Positions 13,638 through 26,500 of a DNA stretch of 64,000 bases are shown here, piece by piece. Origin of the DNA: Chrysomallon squamiferum (taxonomy: Eukaryota; Animalia; Mollusca); the NCBI GenBank assembly GCA_012295275.1, contig CM022665.1, forward strand, positions 38,936,001-39,000,000, written 5' to 3'. The stretch's first letter is position 1, and every line of letters begins with the position of its first letter. The position numbers and the translations under genes are program-made. Below the pieces are notes generated by a model. The model had not been told where the DNA came from. It searched no databases and worked only from the letters and a program-made list of their open reading frames with translations.

Positions 13638-14855
13638 GTTTGTGTGCGATTTTTATTTGATTTTTGTGTAATTTGTGATAAGTTTCTGTGCAGTTTGCAA
13701 CTTTTTTGCGTATTATTTTATTAAATTTATATAAGATCTGCAATACGTTTGTATATTATTAATACATATGAGAATAGTATATAATACAAATTCGAATTTG
13801 AAGAAAAATAATTAATTTTCAGTTGATAAATAAATGTTATTAAAACAAATAAATATTTATTTAATTGTATAAATTAATATCTTTTCTATCTGTTCAAAAA
13901 AGCAAAACAAAACAAGAAGAATGTTAAGGGACTTTTATTGTCTTTAAAATTAATACAACTCAGTGTTTAATTTATTGCTTTAATAATAATGTGGCAAGTC
14001 ACCTTTTTGAAAAAATACTAAAGTCAGCTGCATTTAATTTAATTTATCTCTTTATAATTTTGTTTTATTATGGAATTCATATCATATTTTAATTAACACT
14101 TAGCAAAAAAATATAATTTTTATTTTCATCTCTAAACAGTCATCTGAATTTTATTTTCAGTTTTATTTTATAACAATATATATAAGTAAATTAATACAAA
14201 TAAATGAACTGATCTTGAAGTAAAAAAAATCGATTTAGTCGTTTAATCATTAAACCAACGAACCAGTAAGTGAAGGCGCTTTTCATTTCGACAAATAAAT
14301 GACATTTGAAATTCTAGCGGTTTTCTAAACGTGACAAGAAAATGGATGTTTTCTTTAAATAAAACTGTTATTTACGAAAGCCGATGAAGCGTACAAAATT
14401 CGAATTTGTTCAAAGACGTATTTGATTTTGGGACTCCCCAGAAATAAATTAATATCTATTTATAAATTGTTATTGCAGTTCGGTTTTGTTTCTTTGTTTG
14501 TTTGATATGGTTATTTCTTATCTTTAATTTTTTTTTTTTAGCTTTGTCATCCTACTAATAGTGCATTATTATGCTACCTCTTCTACTGATACTGCTACTA
14601 TATCTACTCCTGTCACTATTACTACTCCTACTATTACTATTACTATCGCTACTACTATTATTATATTTTTTATATTATATCATACCATTCCCGAAAACTA
14701 TATTATATTTAACGCTGGCAATTACTGTCTTACAACCTGTACTCGAGTATATATGATACGGCAGTAGAAATTCGATGTTCTCAAAGTTTGCCTTATCTTC
14801 ATAACATTTCATTCTGGGTTCTGTCGTTATTTATTTATTTATTTATTTATTTTAG

Positions 14856-15533
14856 GTATACGAACTAGAAAGACGATTCAAACAACAAAAGTATTTGTCG
14901 GCACCAGAACGGGAGCATTTGTCAAGCATGATAAACCTGACACCGACGCAGGTGAAAATTTGGTTCCAAAATCATCGCTATAAGTGTAAACGGCAGCAGA
15001 AGGACAAAGAAAAGATGGATCAGACGTCGAAGGAACCTCACGACTCTCAGAGTCAGCGACAGTCTCAAAACTCATCCGGGTCCTCGCAGAGCTCCCAGCA
15101 GAGCTCAAATTCGCAACAGACCGGCAGTAACAACTCTTCTCCTCGCAGAGTTGCCGTGCCCGTGCTTGTGAAGGACGGCAAACCGTGTTCAAACTCCAAC
15201 GGAGGTGAAACGGGTTCGGGAGCAGGGAGTCAGCAAGTGCAAGCGTCGTCTGCTCACCATTTGGGGACGCAGGCGTCGGCGCAGCAGCAGCACGTGCAGA
15301 ATTCTATTCACTCCTCGTGCGCCGTGTCGTCTGCCAAGAATCTTGTTCATTCCAATTCGCTGGGATCTCCGACACTGTCGGAAATTTCCGGAACGTTATC
15401 TCAGAACTCCTCGTCTCACAGCAGCATGAACAATCACTCAGGGCTACACCACAGCCTTGGATACCCCTCGGCCAGTATGAATGGAACCTCCCTTACCTCA
15501 TCCCCATATCTGCTCAATGGACGCACATGGTAA
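14856..15533 (+). CDS. NKX2-1: NK2.1 coding exon 3 (rest of homeodomain, NK2-SD, C-terminus)
   Basis: Acceptor ttttAG ends at 14855. Encodes [51 protein letters not shown] (Tyr54 is diagnostic of the NK2 class), the NK2-[19 protein letters not shown] and terminal LLNGRTW*. Spliced CDS length of 1224 nt is in frame. Confidence 0.97.
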   Translation, partial: VYELERRFKQQKYLSAPEREHLSSMINLTPTQVKIWFQNHRYKCKRQQKDKEKMDQTSKEPHDSQSQRQSQNSSGSSQSSQQSSNSQQTGSNNSSPRRVAVPVLVKDGKPCSNSNGGETGSGAGSQQVQASSAHHLGTQASAQQQHVQNSIHSSCAVSSAKNLVHSNSLGSPTLSEISGTLSQNSSSHSSMNNHSGLHHSLGYPSASMNGTSLTSSPYLLNGRTW

Positions 15534-15716
15534 CAGGTTCCTCCACGTTATTCAATCATATTCAGACAAATTATTTTAATGGTGCATTTTTCTGGACGTG
15601 TATAAACAAAAAGAAACCCCCAAAAACTAAAAACAAAACATAATATGGTTCGTGTAACATTTTTTTTTAACAGTTTTGTGTCTCCTGTTCCTTGGGTCAA
15701 AATGTTTGACAAACAT

Positions 15717-15805
15717 AAACTAAGAGAACATGGTTTTGGTATAAACTGAAACAAAGAGAGCGTGGTTTTGGTGTAAACTGAAATTGGGAGATGGCGGTTT
15801 TGATA
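15717..15805 (+). repeat. Three imperfect ~30-bp direct repeats in the NK2.1 3' UTR
   Basis: aaact..gagaacatggttttggtat / aaactgaaacaaagagagcgtggttttggtgt / aaactgaaattgggagatggcggttttgatat. Confidence 0.75.
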
Positions 15806-15896
15806 TTACATTTCATCTTTATGTAATACGTACTTTTACCAGATGAAATGTGTATCTTCGCGCTCCTAAAAGTATCGATATTGATTCTGTTTCAAA

Positions 15897-15902
15897 AATA
15901 AA
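15897..15902 (+). terminator. Candidate polyadenylation signal of NK2.1
   Basis: First AATAAA I found after the stop codon (~365 nt downstream), followed by T-rich sequence. Confidence 0.5.
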
Positions 15903-16370
15903 TATTGATATTACTGCTTTTAGATCTTTGCTTATTATAGAGTAAGTTCATACTGTTATTGAAAAATATATATATATATATATATATATACGTGGACAAT
16001 TGTATTTAATTTATAATGCATATCCATTCTTTATTAGGGCATCTGTGGTTTGTGATTTCTGTTCTACAGTTTATTCATTTTAAAATCAAATAATGTATTA
16101 ATAATTGCAAAAAGTGCATTAATTTCATTATAAATATTTATCTTTCTAAAATTATATTCATGCTAATTCATAACATACATTAATAAGTATTTATACGCTA
16201 TCAGTACTTTTAAGTTTGTTTTTATAAGTCATGTAAGTCACTATTTTTAAGCGAGACCTAATTTTATGTGACATTACGAAGTTAAACTCTTAAACTAACT
16301 GCATAACTTATTCTTTTATTTTTATAGAATATAATAATAATAATAGTAATAATAATGATAATATATATAC

Positions 16371-16418
<48 letters not shown>

Positions 16419-18240
16419 GTTATTATTTATTATAAAAAATTAAGCATTACTTGTAACAAATATTTAATCAGATATTTAAATGTAATTTGTACTTTAGCTG
16501 ATTGCCTACGAATTAGACATAATAACAATAATTATAATGACAGCTAAGATAGACGAAAATGAAATTTTATCCAAATATAAATTCTGCGATTCGTTTATGA
16601 GCATGAAAATACGTTTACTGACTTTACTATTTATTTATTTATTTATTTTATTTTATTTTATTTTATTTTATTTTATTTTATTTTATTTCGCCCTTAAAAA
16701 TAATAATATAATTCGATCATTAAAGTAAAGGTTAGTTTTAGTGGGGTTTTTTGATAATTTATATATTTTATTTTTTTATTATTATTTTTATTTTTTTTAA
16801 CTATTACTTTGCGGTCAAGATCTCAAGCACATCGCTTGACAAGCTATAACAGAATCGAGTTTACATTGCACATATTGATTCCGATTAATTCGCTTCTCTC
16901 TCAGCTATACAGTGTTTTATTCTCAGACATGTAGAAATTCCACTTAGCGTCAATAGCTAAATTATTACCTGTGAGAAGTTCTTTGTCGAGCTTAGAAAGC
17001 GCGCTGTTTGTTTCCCATTGATTCATTTACCCGCCAACATGCACGCGCATTTATTCCGGATCCGGTACACGGAGCTTTACAACTAGAGCGAACAGCGGTG
17101 GCGCTGATCATTGAGAGGAAATTCGATTTCGAGTTTTCGAGTGTAAGCATCAGATACCAATTAGAAAACAGAATGATTTCAATTCTCTAATCGCTTTATG
17201 TGAAGCGATAGTAATGATCATTTGATCATTTTCGTAAGCGTTCATAATGAACGTGTTATAGAGCAATACATACATTCAATTGTCTCTTATGTTCTTTACA
17301 ATTAGTGTGTAGGATAATTATCTGTGTAATTATTATATTCTGTGAGGTTAATCCGTTCAACCAGATGGTTTTGTCTCACAATGCTAATGTATTGTATTGT
17401 ATTGTTTATTAAATATTTCCAATCTAGGAAAGTCCTTTTTTTTATTTTTTTTTATATTTCAATGGTAACATTGTTGTATTCATGTGTAATTTATGTGTAA
17501 GTGCATGTGTTCATATTGTTTATATGTATATAGTTCCACTTCAATTTTTGTGTGTACATTTTTGAATGTATTTGTATGGGTATGCCTGTGCTCGACGAAC
17601 CTGTTTGTGTGTTTTTGTGTGTACGTGTAAATGTGTGTACTGGTACACATATCTATTTGTATGCCCTTCAAACCTTTGTATGATAATATTTAAATAAATG
17701 ATAATACTACAAACACTAAAACACGACTTATTGCTATATTTATTTATTTAAATTATAATACTTTACAGCTAACATTTTTTTACCTTTTTTTCTCAAAAAA
17801 AATTATACAAACACACACACACACACACATCCACACACACACATATAATATAATATATAATATATATATATATAAACTTGACTAGTCAGTAATTAATAGC
17901 TTTCTAAATGGTATCAATTGCTTACACTTAAAATTTAAATATATGTGTACATATACCTGTACATATTCAAACAAAAATTTATGCCAGATACGTTTATCTG
18001 TCTTGTATCAAATTGGCTTTCTTCGTAGAACCCATACAGAATATAATGGAGAAATCTGTCATAGCTATTTCATTGTCTTTCTTATTTAAATTTAAGAACG
18101 TCAAGCATCAAATCAATTATGGGACGACTTTCGAAATGATCGCATGTTACTGACTGGGGCAGTTTTCTTCAGTATTATAATATAATTTTACTACTGATGA
18201 TATAACAGTTATTATTACTTTACAATAAGAACAACAAAAA

Positions 18241-18279
<39 letters not shown>

Positions 18280-19289
18280 AACCCCGTTATTACTAACAGT
18301 AGTAGTTGCACAGCAATAGTAGTTGTAACGGTTATAATAGAGCAGAAGTAGTAGTAGTAGCAATAGGAGTAGTAGTAGCAGTAGTAGTAGTAGTAGCAAC
18401 AGAAACAATAGCAGTATAACTACTAGCAATAATCTCTTGGGAAAATAATTTATCTGAACTGACTTCATCAAAAACAAAACTGCGCATCATTTTCGTTCTT
18501 TCGTCCATCTCATCGTGCCCCAACAAGTCAACCCAGAATTCGTCTGAGGGTGAAAAACCCGCCAGATGTCACCGTAAAACGTCTATCAATATTTAGTACG
18601 TTGTTTGACGTGCGCCGACAGACCTCTAGTTTTTATTGCTTCTCGAAACGCAGACTTGATCATAAACGCCCATGGTGGAAGTAATTAAAGCTAGGTGGAC
18701 AGAGTTTATGTTGACTCGCATATACCTTTCAAAGTGGTCATATTCCCCGAGCTTTTTATTGCAGTTTCTTGTTGCTACTCTCGTGTTTCTTATTATCCAC
18801 GGTTCCATCATCTAGGGTTAGGGCGGTTCCAGATATTAAATGGGGTGGGGTTTGTATTCTGGTTTTATCGTTAGCTTGGGACTGGATGGTTCTAGAAATT
18901 ATTCTAGGAGGGCGATTGGTATATATATATATATATATATATAGTTAGCTCTAATCTGGATTCGATTCCGTTAACAGACAGATGAAATTAAAATAATGTT
19001 TAATTACTGTGCTATCCAGTATATATCAAACCATAAACTTTCCTACTGAAACGGGCAGATGGGAAAATACACTACTAGAAAATAGAATATGTCCATTGTG
19101 TAATAATTATGACATCGGGTATGAGTTTCATTATATATTTACGTGTATGTTTTTTTAAGTATGAAAACAAAAAATTCGTTACTATAACACGTTTCTGTCA
19201 GTCTAATAGTTTTATAAACTGTTTAACTCTAAAAAAAAAAAAAAAACTCGTGTCCTCTGGATGATATTGTATATATATTTTTTATTATT

Positions 19290-19402
19290 ATGTACATTAT
19301 TGTAATTCCACCATCTTGTAATAATTATATTAATTGTTGTATGTAAATATCCTAATATGCCGTAGACTACGGCCTGAGTATAATAAAGTTCAATTCAGTT
19401 CC
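19290..19402 (+). mobile_element. Possible 3' tail remnant of a LINE/SINE
   Basis: Perfect short inverted repeat GCCGTAG-A-CTACGGC (19359-19373), then AATAAAG and short TTCAA/TTCAG repeats. This layout is typical of non-LTR element 3' ends; no RT ORF is present. Confidence 0.4.
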
Positions 19403-19601
19403 TGATTCACTTTGTTTTTGCCATCGTAATTAATAGTTTCATCTTCTACAATAATTACAGTGATTGTTATTAATTTCCTTACAATAACTGATAAAATGAC
19501 TGTGAAAAACCTTTAAGAATTTTAAAATAAAAAACCGAAGTAGAAAAATCTTCATTAATATTGCATTCAAAGAATTTTTGGTTAGAACATTTAATAATAA
19601 A

Positions 19602-19665
<64 letters not shown>

Positions 19666-19979
19666 GCGATGATGATGATGATAATAACAGTAGGTAGTAG
19701 CAGTAATAGTAGTAGTTGGAATAATAATAGTAATAGTAGCAATAGTAGCAATAGTAGTAATAGTAGTAATAGTAGTATTTTATACCTGTGTTTGATTATG
19801 TTTGTATTTGTAATGCAGTAGCAGAAGAATCAAAACAAGATTTTGTGAGTTTACATCAAAATTAATGAAGTAAAATAAAAAAAATTTTAAATATTGACTT
19901 TATATAAAAAATAAAAAGATAAAATCTTAAATTAAGTTAGTCAAGAAAAAATTAACTTTGAAAGAAAAAATATAATAGA

Positions 19980-20300
19980 TAACCATTTATTAATCTTATA
20001 TTTAAAACGCTTTTAGTCCATAATTTCTGTAATAAAAAAAAAATTAAGATTAAAAAAAAAACGTTTATTAAGATTATAGTTAAAATCTTTTATTTCCTAT
20101 ACTTTTAAAAAAAAAAACGAATATAAAAATAAAGCAGACAAAAACAAAAGCTTTCATTAATCTTGAGTTAAAAGCCTTTTAATCCATAATTATGCTTTTA
20201 ATCATATGGTTTTTTTTTTAAAAGCTGGGGAAAAAGAACAAAACGAAAACAAACAAGCCTTCATTAATCTTGCATTTAAAGTTCTTAATCCGAGAACACA
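19980..20300. repeat. Degenerate ~80-105-bp tandem repeat, about 4 copies
   Basis: Recurrent core ttcattaatctt....ttaaaa...ttttaatccataatt near 19985, 20062, 20150 and 20258. Confidence 0.6.
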
Positions 20301-20305
20301 ATTAA

Positions 20306-20345
<40 letters not shown>

Positions 20346-20693
20346 TTATATAATTTTTTTTATTTTTTTTTATTTTATTTTATTTTATTTTATTTTATTT
20401 TATTTTTATTTTGTTTTATTTTACAATAAAGAAATGAAAAAAAAAAATTAAAAGTTTTAAGCTCGTTATGTCATTACAGGCAAGAAGCGCTTAAATCTCA
20501 TTCAACATAGAGTTTGAATTCGGCACTCCCCTGTTTAAAGACACTGTTTGCTAAGCTGCAATGAAATTCTTTAGAGACAACCTGCTTGGACGAAGGAAGG
20601 TCTTCGGGCAGACACATATAATTGGAGTTTACATTTATTTAAATGTAAAAAAAAGAATTAAACTTCGGTCTGGAGTAAAATTTCCCAATTTGT

Positions 20694-20735
<42 letters not shown>

Positions 20736-21166
20736 TGTCATGAATTCGATGGTCAATAAAAAAAGTCAGTAAAAAGAGACTTAAATAATTATTTGTTTTT
20801 ACATAAATATTACTATGTTGTAACCAAAAGTATTACAGTGAACTTTTTATCATATATATATATATATATATTTTTTTTTTAATTTATAACTTTATTAACG
20901 GTATTAATTAGGCTTAACTTTACCAAATCTTTGGAAAGCCCTGTCAAACCACAAGGAATGTTTTATGAGACTCTTAAATACTGATATAACAGCTATAAGT
21001 GCATTCTGTTTGGGTTTTTTGTGGGGGTTTTGACAGCAAAGAGGTACACTACAGAATGCTGTGGCATGTAGACTGGAAGATGTACGCAAGACAAACAATA
21101 CAAATAAACATATACGTATACACATACACCAACATACATAAATATATACATATATATACACATACC

Positions 21167-21208
<42 letters not shown>

Positions 21209-21278
21209 CATATACACATACCTACAGATATACACATACATATATAGAAAATATTCAGCATTTTTTTATATTTAACTT

Positions 21279-21349
21279 TGTTTGACACCCAGTAACCGAT
21301 ATATTTTTTGTGCTGGGGTGTCGTTAAACATTCATTCATTTATTCATTC

Positions 21350-21350
<1 letters not shown>
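21279..21350 (+). mobile_element. SINE 3' tail (stem-loop plus (CATT)n)
   Basis: TGTTTGACACCCAG...CTGGGGTGTCGTTAAACATTCATTCATT: a GACACCC/GGGTGTC stem followed by a (CATT)n tail. From memory it resembles the LINE-derived tails of mollusc SINEs; not database-checked. Confidence 0.6.
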
Positions 21351-21434
<84 letters not shown>

Positions 21435-21531
21435 TACATACATACATACATAACATCTTCATATATATATATAAACAAACGCAATAGATTTACTTTAAGA
21501 TTTACAAGCAGGAACACACAGGTACGGACAT

Positions 21532-21585
<54 letters not shown>

Positions 21586-21669
21586 CATTCTCTTACCTAC
21601 AAACACATAACACTACAAAGCATACACAAACACTCTTTACATGCACAGGTTCATGTTCAAACCGGACCG

Positions 21670-21704
<35 letters not shown>

Positions 21705-22178
21705 AATAAATACGTAAATAAATTTAAAAAATTTACAGACTTGTCACAGACACACGGACACCGTGTGACACGTGTTTGACACGAAGCGCGTGGATGAGAA
21801 ATTTTTACTTGTTGAGTGAAGCCTGTGAATGGACGGGCACAGACTGTCAGTTAATAAAAACATGTCATGTGTTAAGAAACCGAATATCGCGTTACTAAGA
21901 GGGTCTTTCGGTCTTGCTCAAAGCAGCTATTCATTGGTGGCGAGTATTTAAAAAAAAATATATATATATATAAAAAAAAAAAAAAAAAAAATAGTTCCCT
22001 GCTTCAGTAAATCGACACCTGGTTAATTGCAGGTTACCAACAGGTAGTTTTGTGTGTGTTAAGAAAGTGACGAATGGAAAAATATGGTGTATTCAGTATA
22101 AACTGTGTATTTGAAGATAGGTGTTTGTCGCAGTCGCGGTTCGTTCTCGACCGCAGCGGATTTAATTTGATGGAGGGA

Positions 22179-22230
<52 letters not shown>

Positions 22231-22729
22231 TTCTGGTAGTTTTTCCGGTGTATGCTGTATTGTTGTTGTTTTTCTTTTATTATTATGTATTTTTCGTAAT
22301 TTCGTTATTTCTTTTCGTCGTCTGAATTTTTATTGTTTAACTTTATTTTTATTTTTTTTTTTTCTTTTTTTTTTTTTTTTAATTTTTTTAATTTCTTTTA
22401 TAATTTTATTCTTTATTTATTTATTTATATATAATTTTTTTTTTTTTTTTTTTTTTTTTTAATCCGTCTGAAACAAACATGAGGAAAATTAACAACTTTC
22501 GAATTTTTGTTTAAGTTTTAAAAATATATTCATATTAAACTCACCCTCACTCGGAAGGGGAGAGAGAGAGAAAGGTGTATATATGTGTATATACATATAT
22601 ATATATATATATCTGTAAGTATAATAAAGTTCACTTCACTTTCCGGTTCAGTCCGTCATTGTCATTAACAGTTCCATGTTTTAAAAATTACAGTTCCATG
22701 TTATATACAAAATTATATATATATTATCT

Positions 22730-22731
<2 letters not shown>

Positions 22732-22800
<69 letters not shown>
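22732..22800. repeat. (AG)n microsatellite
   Basis: Perfect dinucleotide run. Confidence 0.98.
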
Positions 22801-22803
<3 letters not shown>

Positions 22804-23431
22804 AATATATAAATATACAAACACAGATATAGATATATAGATAGATACAGAAATATATTTTCCCTCATAAACTTGTATGCGGTCTACTGACATCTACATA
22901 ATTATTTAAACCATGATTTGTCTTCAAATAACGTCACACTATCAAAATAACGTCTTGCAACTTAGCACATATTAAGAACTAAATTACTTCATTATTCAAA
23001 ACGTCATAGACGAGTAGTAATTTACAATGTATAATTAATTAACTGTAAGCCCCGATTCCGCAGTCTCTGTGCAAATAATTTACAACTTGTGTTCTTAAAT
23101 CGCTTGACTGACTTTAAAGTTACAAGCGCTATTCCACCAATCTCTTTTCATTCGCATGGAACGAACAGCAAAATCGATGGGCGGTACATGAATCCCGTGT
23201 ACTGAATACATAGATTTGATTGACATTTATTAAATGTATCTAATAACATAGTTTAGATTGATCTGCAGGACCCACCCTAGTAATGAATGGCGAAAAGAGA
23301 GGTTGTTGGACTGTGGCGGTTATTTTTTGAATTTATGTTATTTGGTATACTTCATCAGAGGCGTTCCAAATGTAGGCACTGAAATAATTACTCTTACGTG
23401 TTATTGTGTGCTTGAGTATATGTTTATCTGA

Positions 23432-23567
<136 letters not shown>

Positions 23568-26500
23568 GTAATCTGTTTGTAAGGACCTGTGTATAAATAA
23601 ATAAAAGTCTAAAATTATAAAACTGCTATTCTATCCATATGCATATTGTGTGAGTGTGTATATCTTTATTATTTTATCTGTATGTGTGATTGTCTGTATT
23701 AATTTGTGTACATGGCAGATATTTTCATTTAGAATCTAAGAAACAATGAACATAAATATATTTTCACTGTTGAATAACAACAGATAGAAATACAAACAAA
23801 TAAATTTCAAAAACTAGACTGCAACTGACAGACTGGTATTTTAACTTATGTTTACGTTTGTTATAAGACAATAATTATTTCATTAATACGAGAAGAGTTC
23901 TAGTCTGTTGATGTCAGATTAGAAATAAAATTATTTTAACTAACACCCAAACATTAGCTTCACGAAAACACAACATTAATAAAAAAAAAATTAAATAAAA
24001 AATTTTAAAAATTTTTTTTTACTTACGGCTTTCTCTCTAAACCACGAAAACAATAATTAAAATATTTTGCTTACTTGTTTCTCTTAGCTTGAAGAAAACA
24101 ACGTTCTCGAAATGTATTAAAAGTAAATATTTCTTTAAAACTTTGTTGTGATTTGAAAATAATTTCGTTGAACAGCTTGATTGCATTTAATGACAGGACT
24201 CACTTAAAAAGCATGTTAACTTTGACAGCTTACCCGAACTGTTTACGCCGTACGACATTACACAACACAATAGCTGTATATAACACGATAATGGAAGAAT
24301 TTCTCAACAAGTCGCCGAAGAGATATACCGTACATTTTCAAATAAAGGCCTACGATGAGTGAACATTTACTGTTGGTATATTCATGCGTCGTATAAAAAA
24401 AAAAAAAAAAAACACCACCTACCTTGAACCAGAAATTTGTTTCATTTTGCAGGTTGTCAGAATATCGTAAAAAAAAAAAAAAAAAAGAAAAAAAACATGA
24501 AGGTCTGCACTGAAATTACAGTATCAGCATAGTTCGAAAATTAACTTTCTTTCAAGAGGAAGTTTCTGTTAGTTTTATAAAATCGACATTTAGCGTTTCT
24601 GTATATAAGAATTTACGGTATAATATTATACATCATACAATAAAACTAATGTTTTCCTTCTTTTCTTTTTTTTCTTTTTTTTTAATATTTCTTTTTAAAA
24701 AGAATTAAAAATAGCTATTTAAAAAAATAAAAAAAAACAACCAAAAAACGATGTAATCTTTATTGAAGTTCTATGGAGCGTTTACATGAACAACATGGGT
24801 TAAAGATGGCAGAAAGAAAATCGCATGGAGCTAACTATACCACAGTATTTTTTAGCTGCTGTGTTAAAACTCGTGCACACGTTTTCATTGTATAAATTGT
24901 AAATTTTATATTTTTAATTTTGTGTGTGTTTGTGTGTAGGTGTTGTCATCAAACGAAATTGGATAAAAATAAGAAAATAGAGCAAAATAGAACTTTTTTT
25001 TTTTTTTTTTTTAAATAAATAAATAACGAGAGCGATTTTTATGCATTGCGTCTACCTGGCATTTTTTTAAATCCTCCGATTCATTTTCTCAAAAATAATT
25101 TTTTTTTTTTAAATGTCTGATAACGAATGTATTGGAGATGGTTGCCGTTGAAAACCTAACTTGTGTGACAACCCGAATCAACGTTGCGCTGAGAATTTTC
25201 AATAACAAAATCTTGTACATTTTGAATCCATGACTTTCAAAATGGCGGCATCGGCAAACATGACAGATTGGCACAACTGTATCGAGAATGTTTCTGCATA
25301 AATGGAATACAAAGATGAATAAACCAATTAAAGAAGCCTAAATCGTATCTCACAGAAAAGTTTTCTTTATCTGACTTCACCAATTTAAGTCTTATGTAAC
25401 ATATATATTTAATCTTCGAGAATAATATAAAAATACATGAGTGATTTTTTCGCAATTATCAGACTCCATATATTGCCAAGACTGTTGAACACACAATTTT
25501 TTATAAAGTTGATATTTGTAAGGATGTGTTCTGTTGCGTTCTGATTTTCCAGAATGATGTTACAAAATAACCTAAATTTGTTTGAGGGTTGGAGGTTTAT
25601 TTGTTTTAGGGTTTTGTTTTGTTTTGTTTTGTTTGTTTGTTTGGGGTTTTTCTTTTTTTTTTTTTTTTTTTTGTTTTTGTTGGTTCTTTGGGTGGTGGTG
25701 GTGTTGCTGCTGTTTTTTTTTTTTTTTTTTATTATTATTATTGGGGATTTATTTTTGTTTTTTTTTCTTTTCTTGTTTATTGTTATTGTTGTTTTCTGGA
25801 GGGGGGGTTGTTGTTTAGAATTTTTATTTTAACTACAAGGCTACTGATAATTAAATTAATACTGTTACATACGTTAATGTTATGTTAGTTACAATTTTGT
25901 ATATTATTATGATTTTATTATTATTATTATTATAAATAAAATAGATATCAAAAATACATATGACAACAATTATTATTATTATTATAAAAGAAGAAAAAAA
26001 AAAAACAGTAGCAATAAGAATAACCATTATATTAAACTTTATTACATCATCAGTCAAAGCAGACTTCACATTTATAAAATAATGCATGTTTGTTGCTTAG
26101 CATCAATGATCGCTCATCATATTAATCTTCATTAATGTTCATTTCTATCATACCGTCGAGCAGATACGGTCACTGTAAAAGAATGTTGTTTTTCATAACC
26201 CTGGGTGCAGTGGGTAGATAGATACAAGCGGGTATCAAGGGTATCTCACTATCCGACTGTTGACTTGCAGAAAACGTGGCCACCCCGCACTTCCAGCTAT
26301 TATCGGAACCAACGTGATAAATGTGACTTTTATCAAAAACCGTTATCTCGCGTGCGTGAATCCAGGATCTTCCAATAGTATGCGCTGATAACTGATACAG
26401 AAGCGATCTGCGGGCAAACGTCTTCTATAATAAATATCAGCTTTATTTACTTTTCGTCTTCAAATCGTGAAACTGTTGATGTGGCAAAATCGTCGAGGTT

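Noticed and set aside
18812-18850. TAGGGTTAGGG telomere-like motif with nearby G-runs
   Set aside because: Fewer than two full telomeric units, and a long loop for a G4; compatible with chance.
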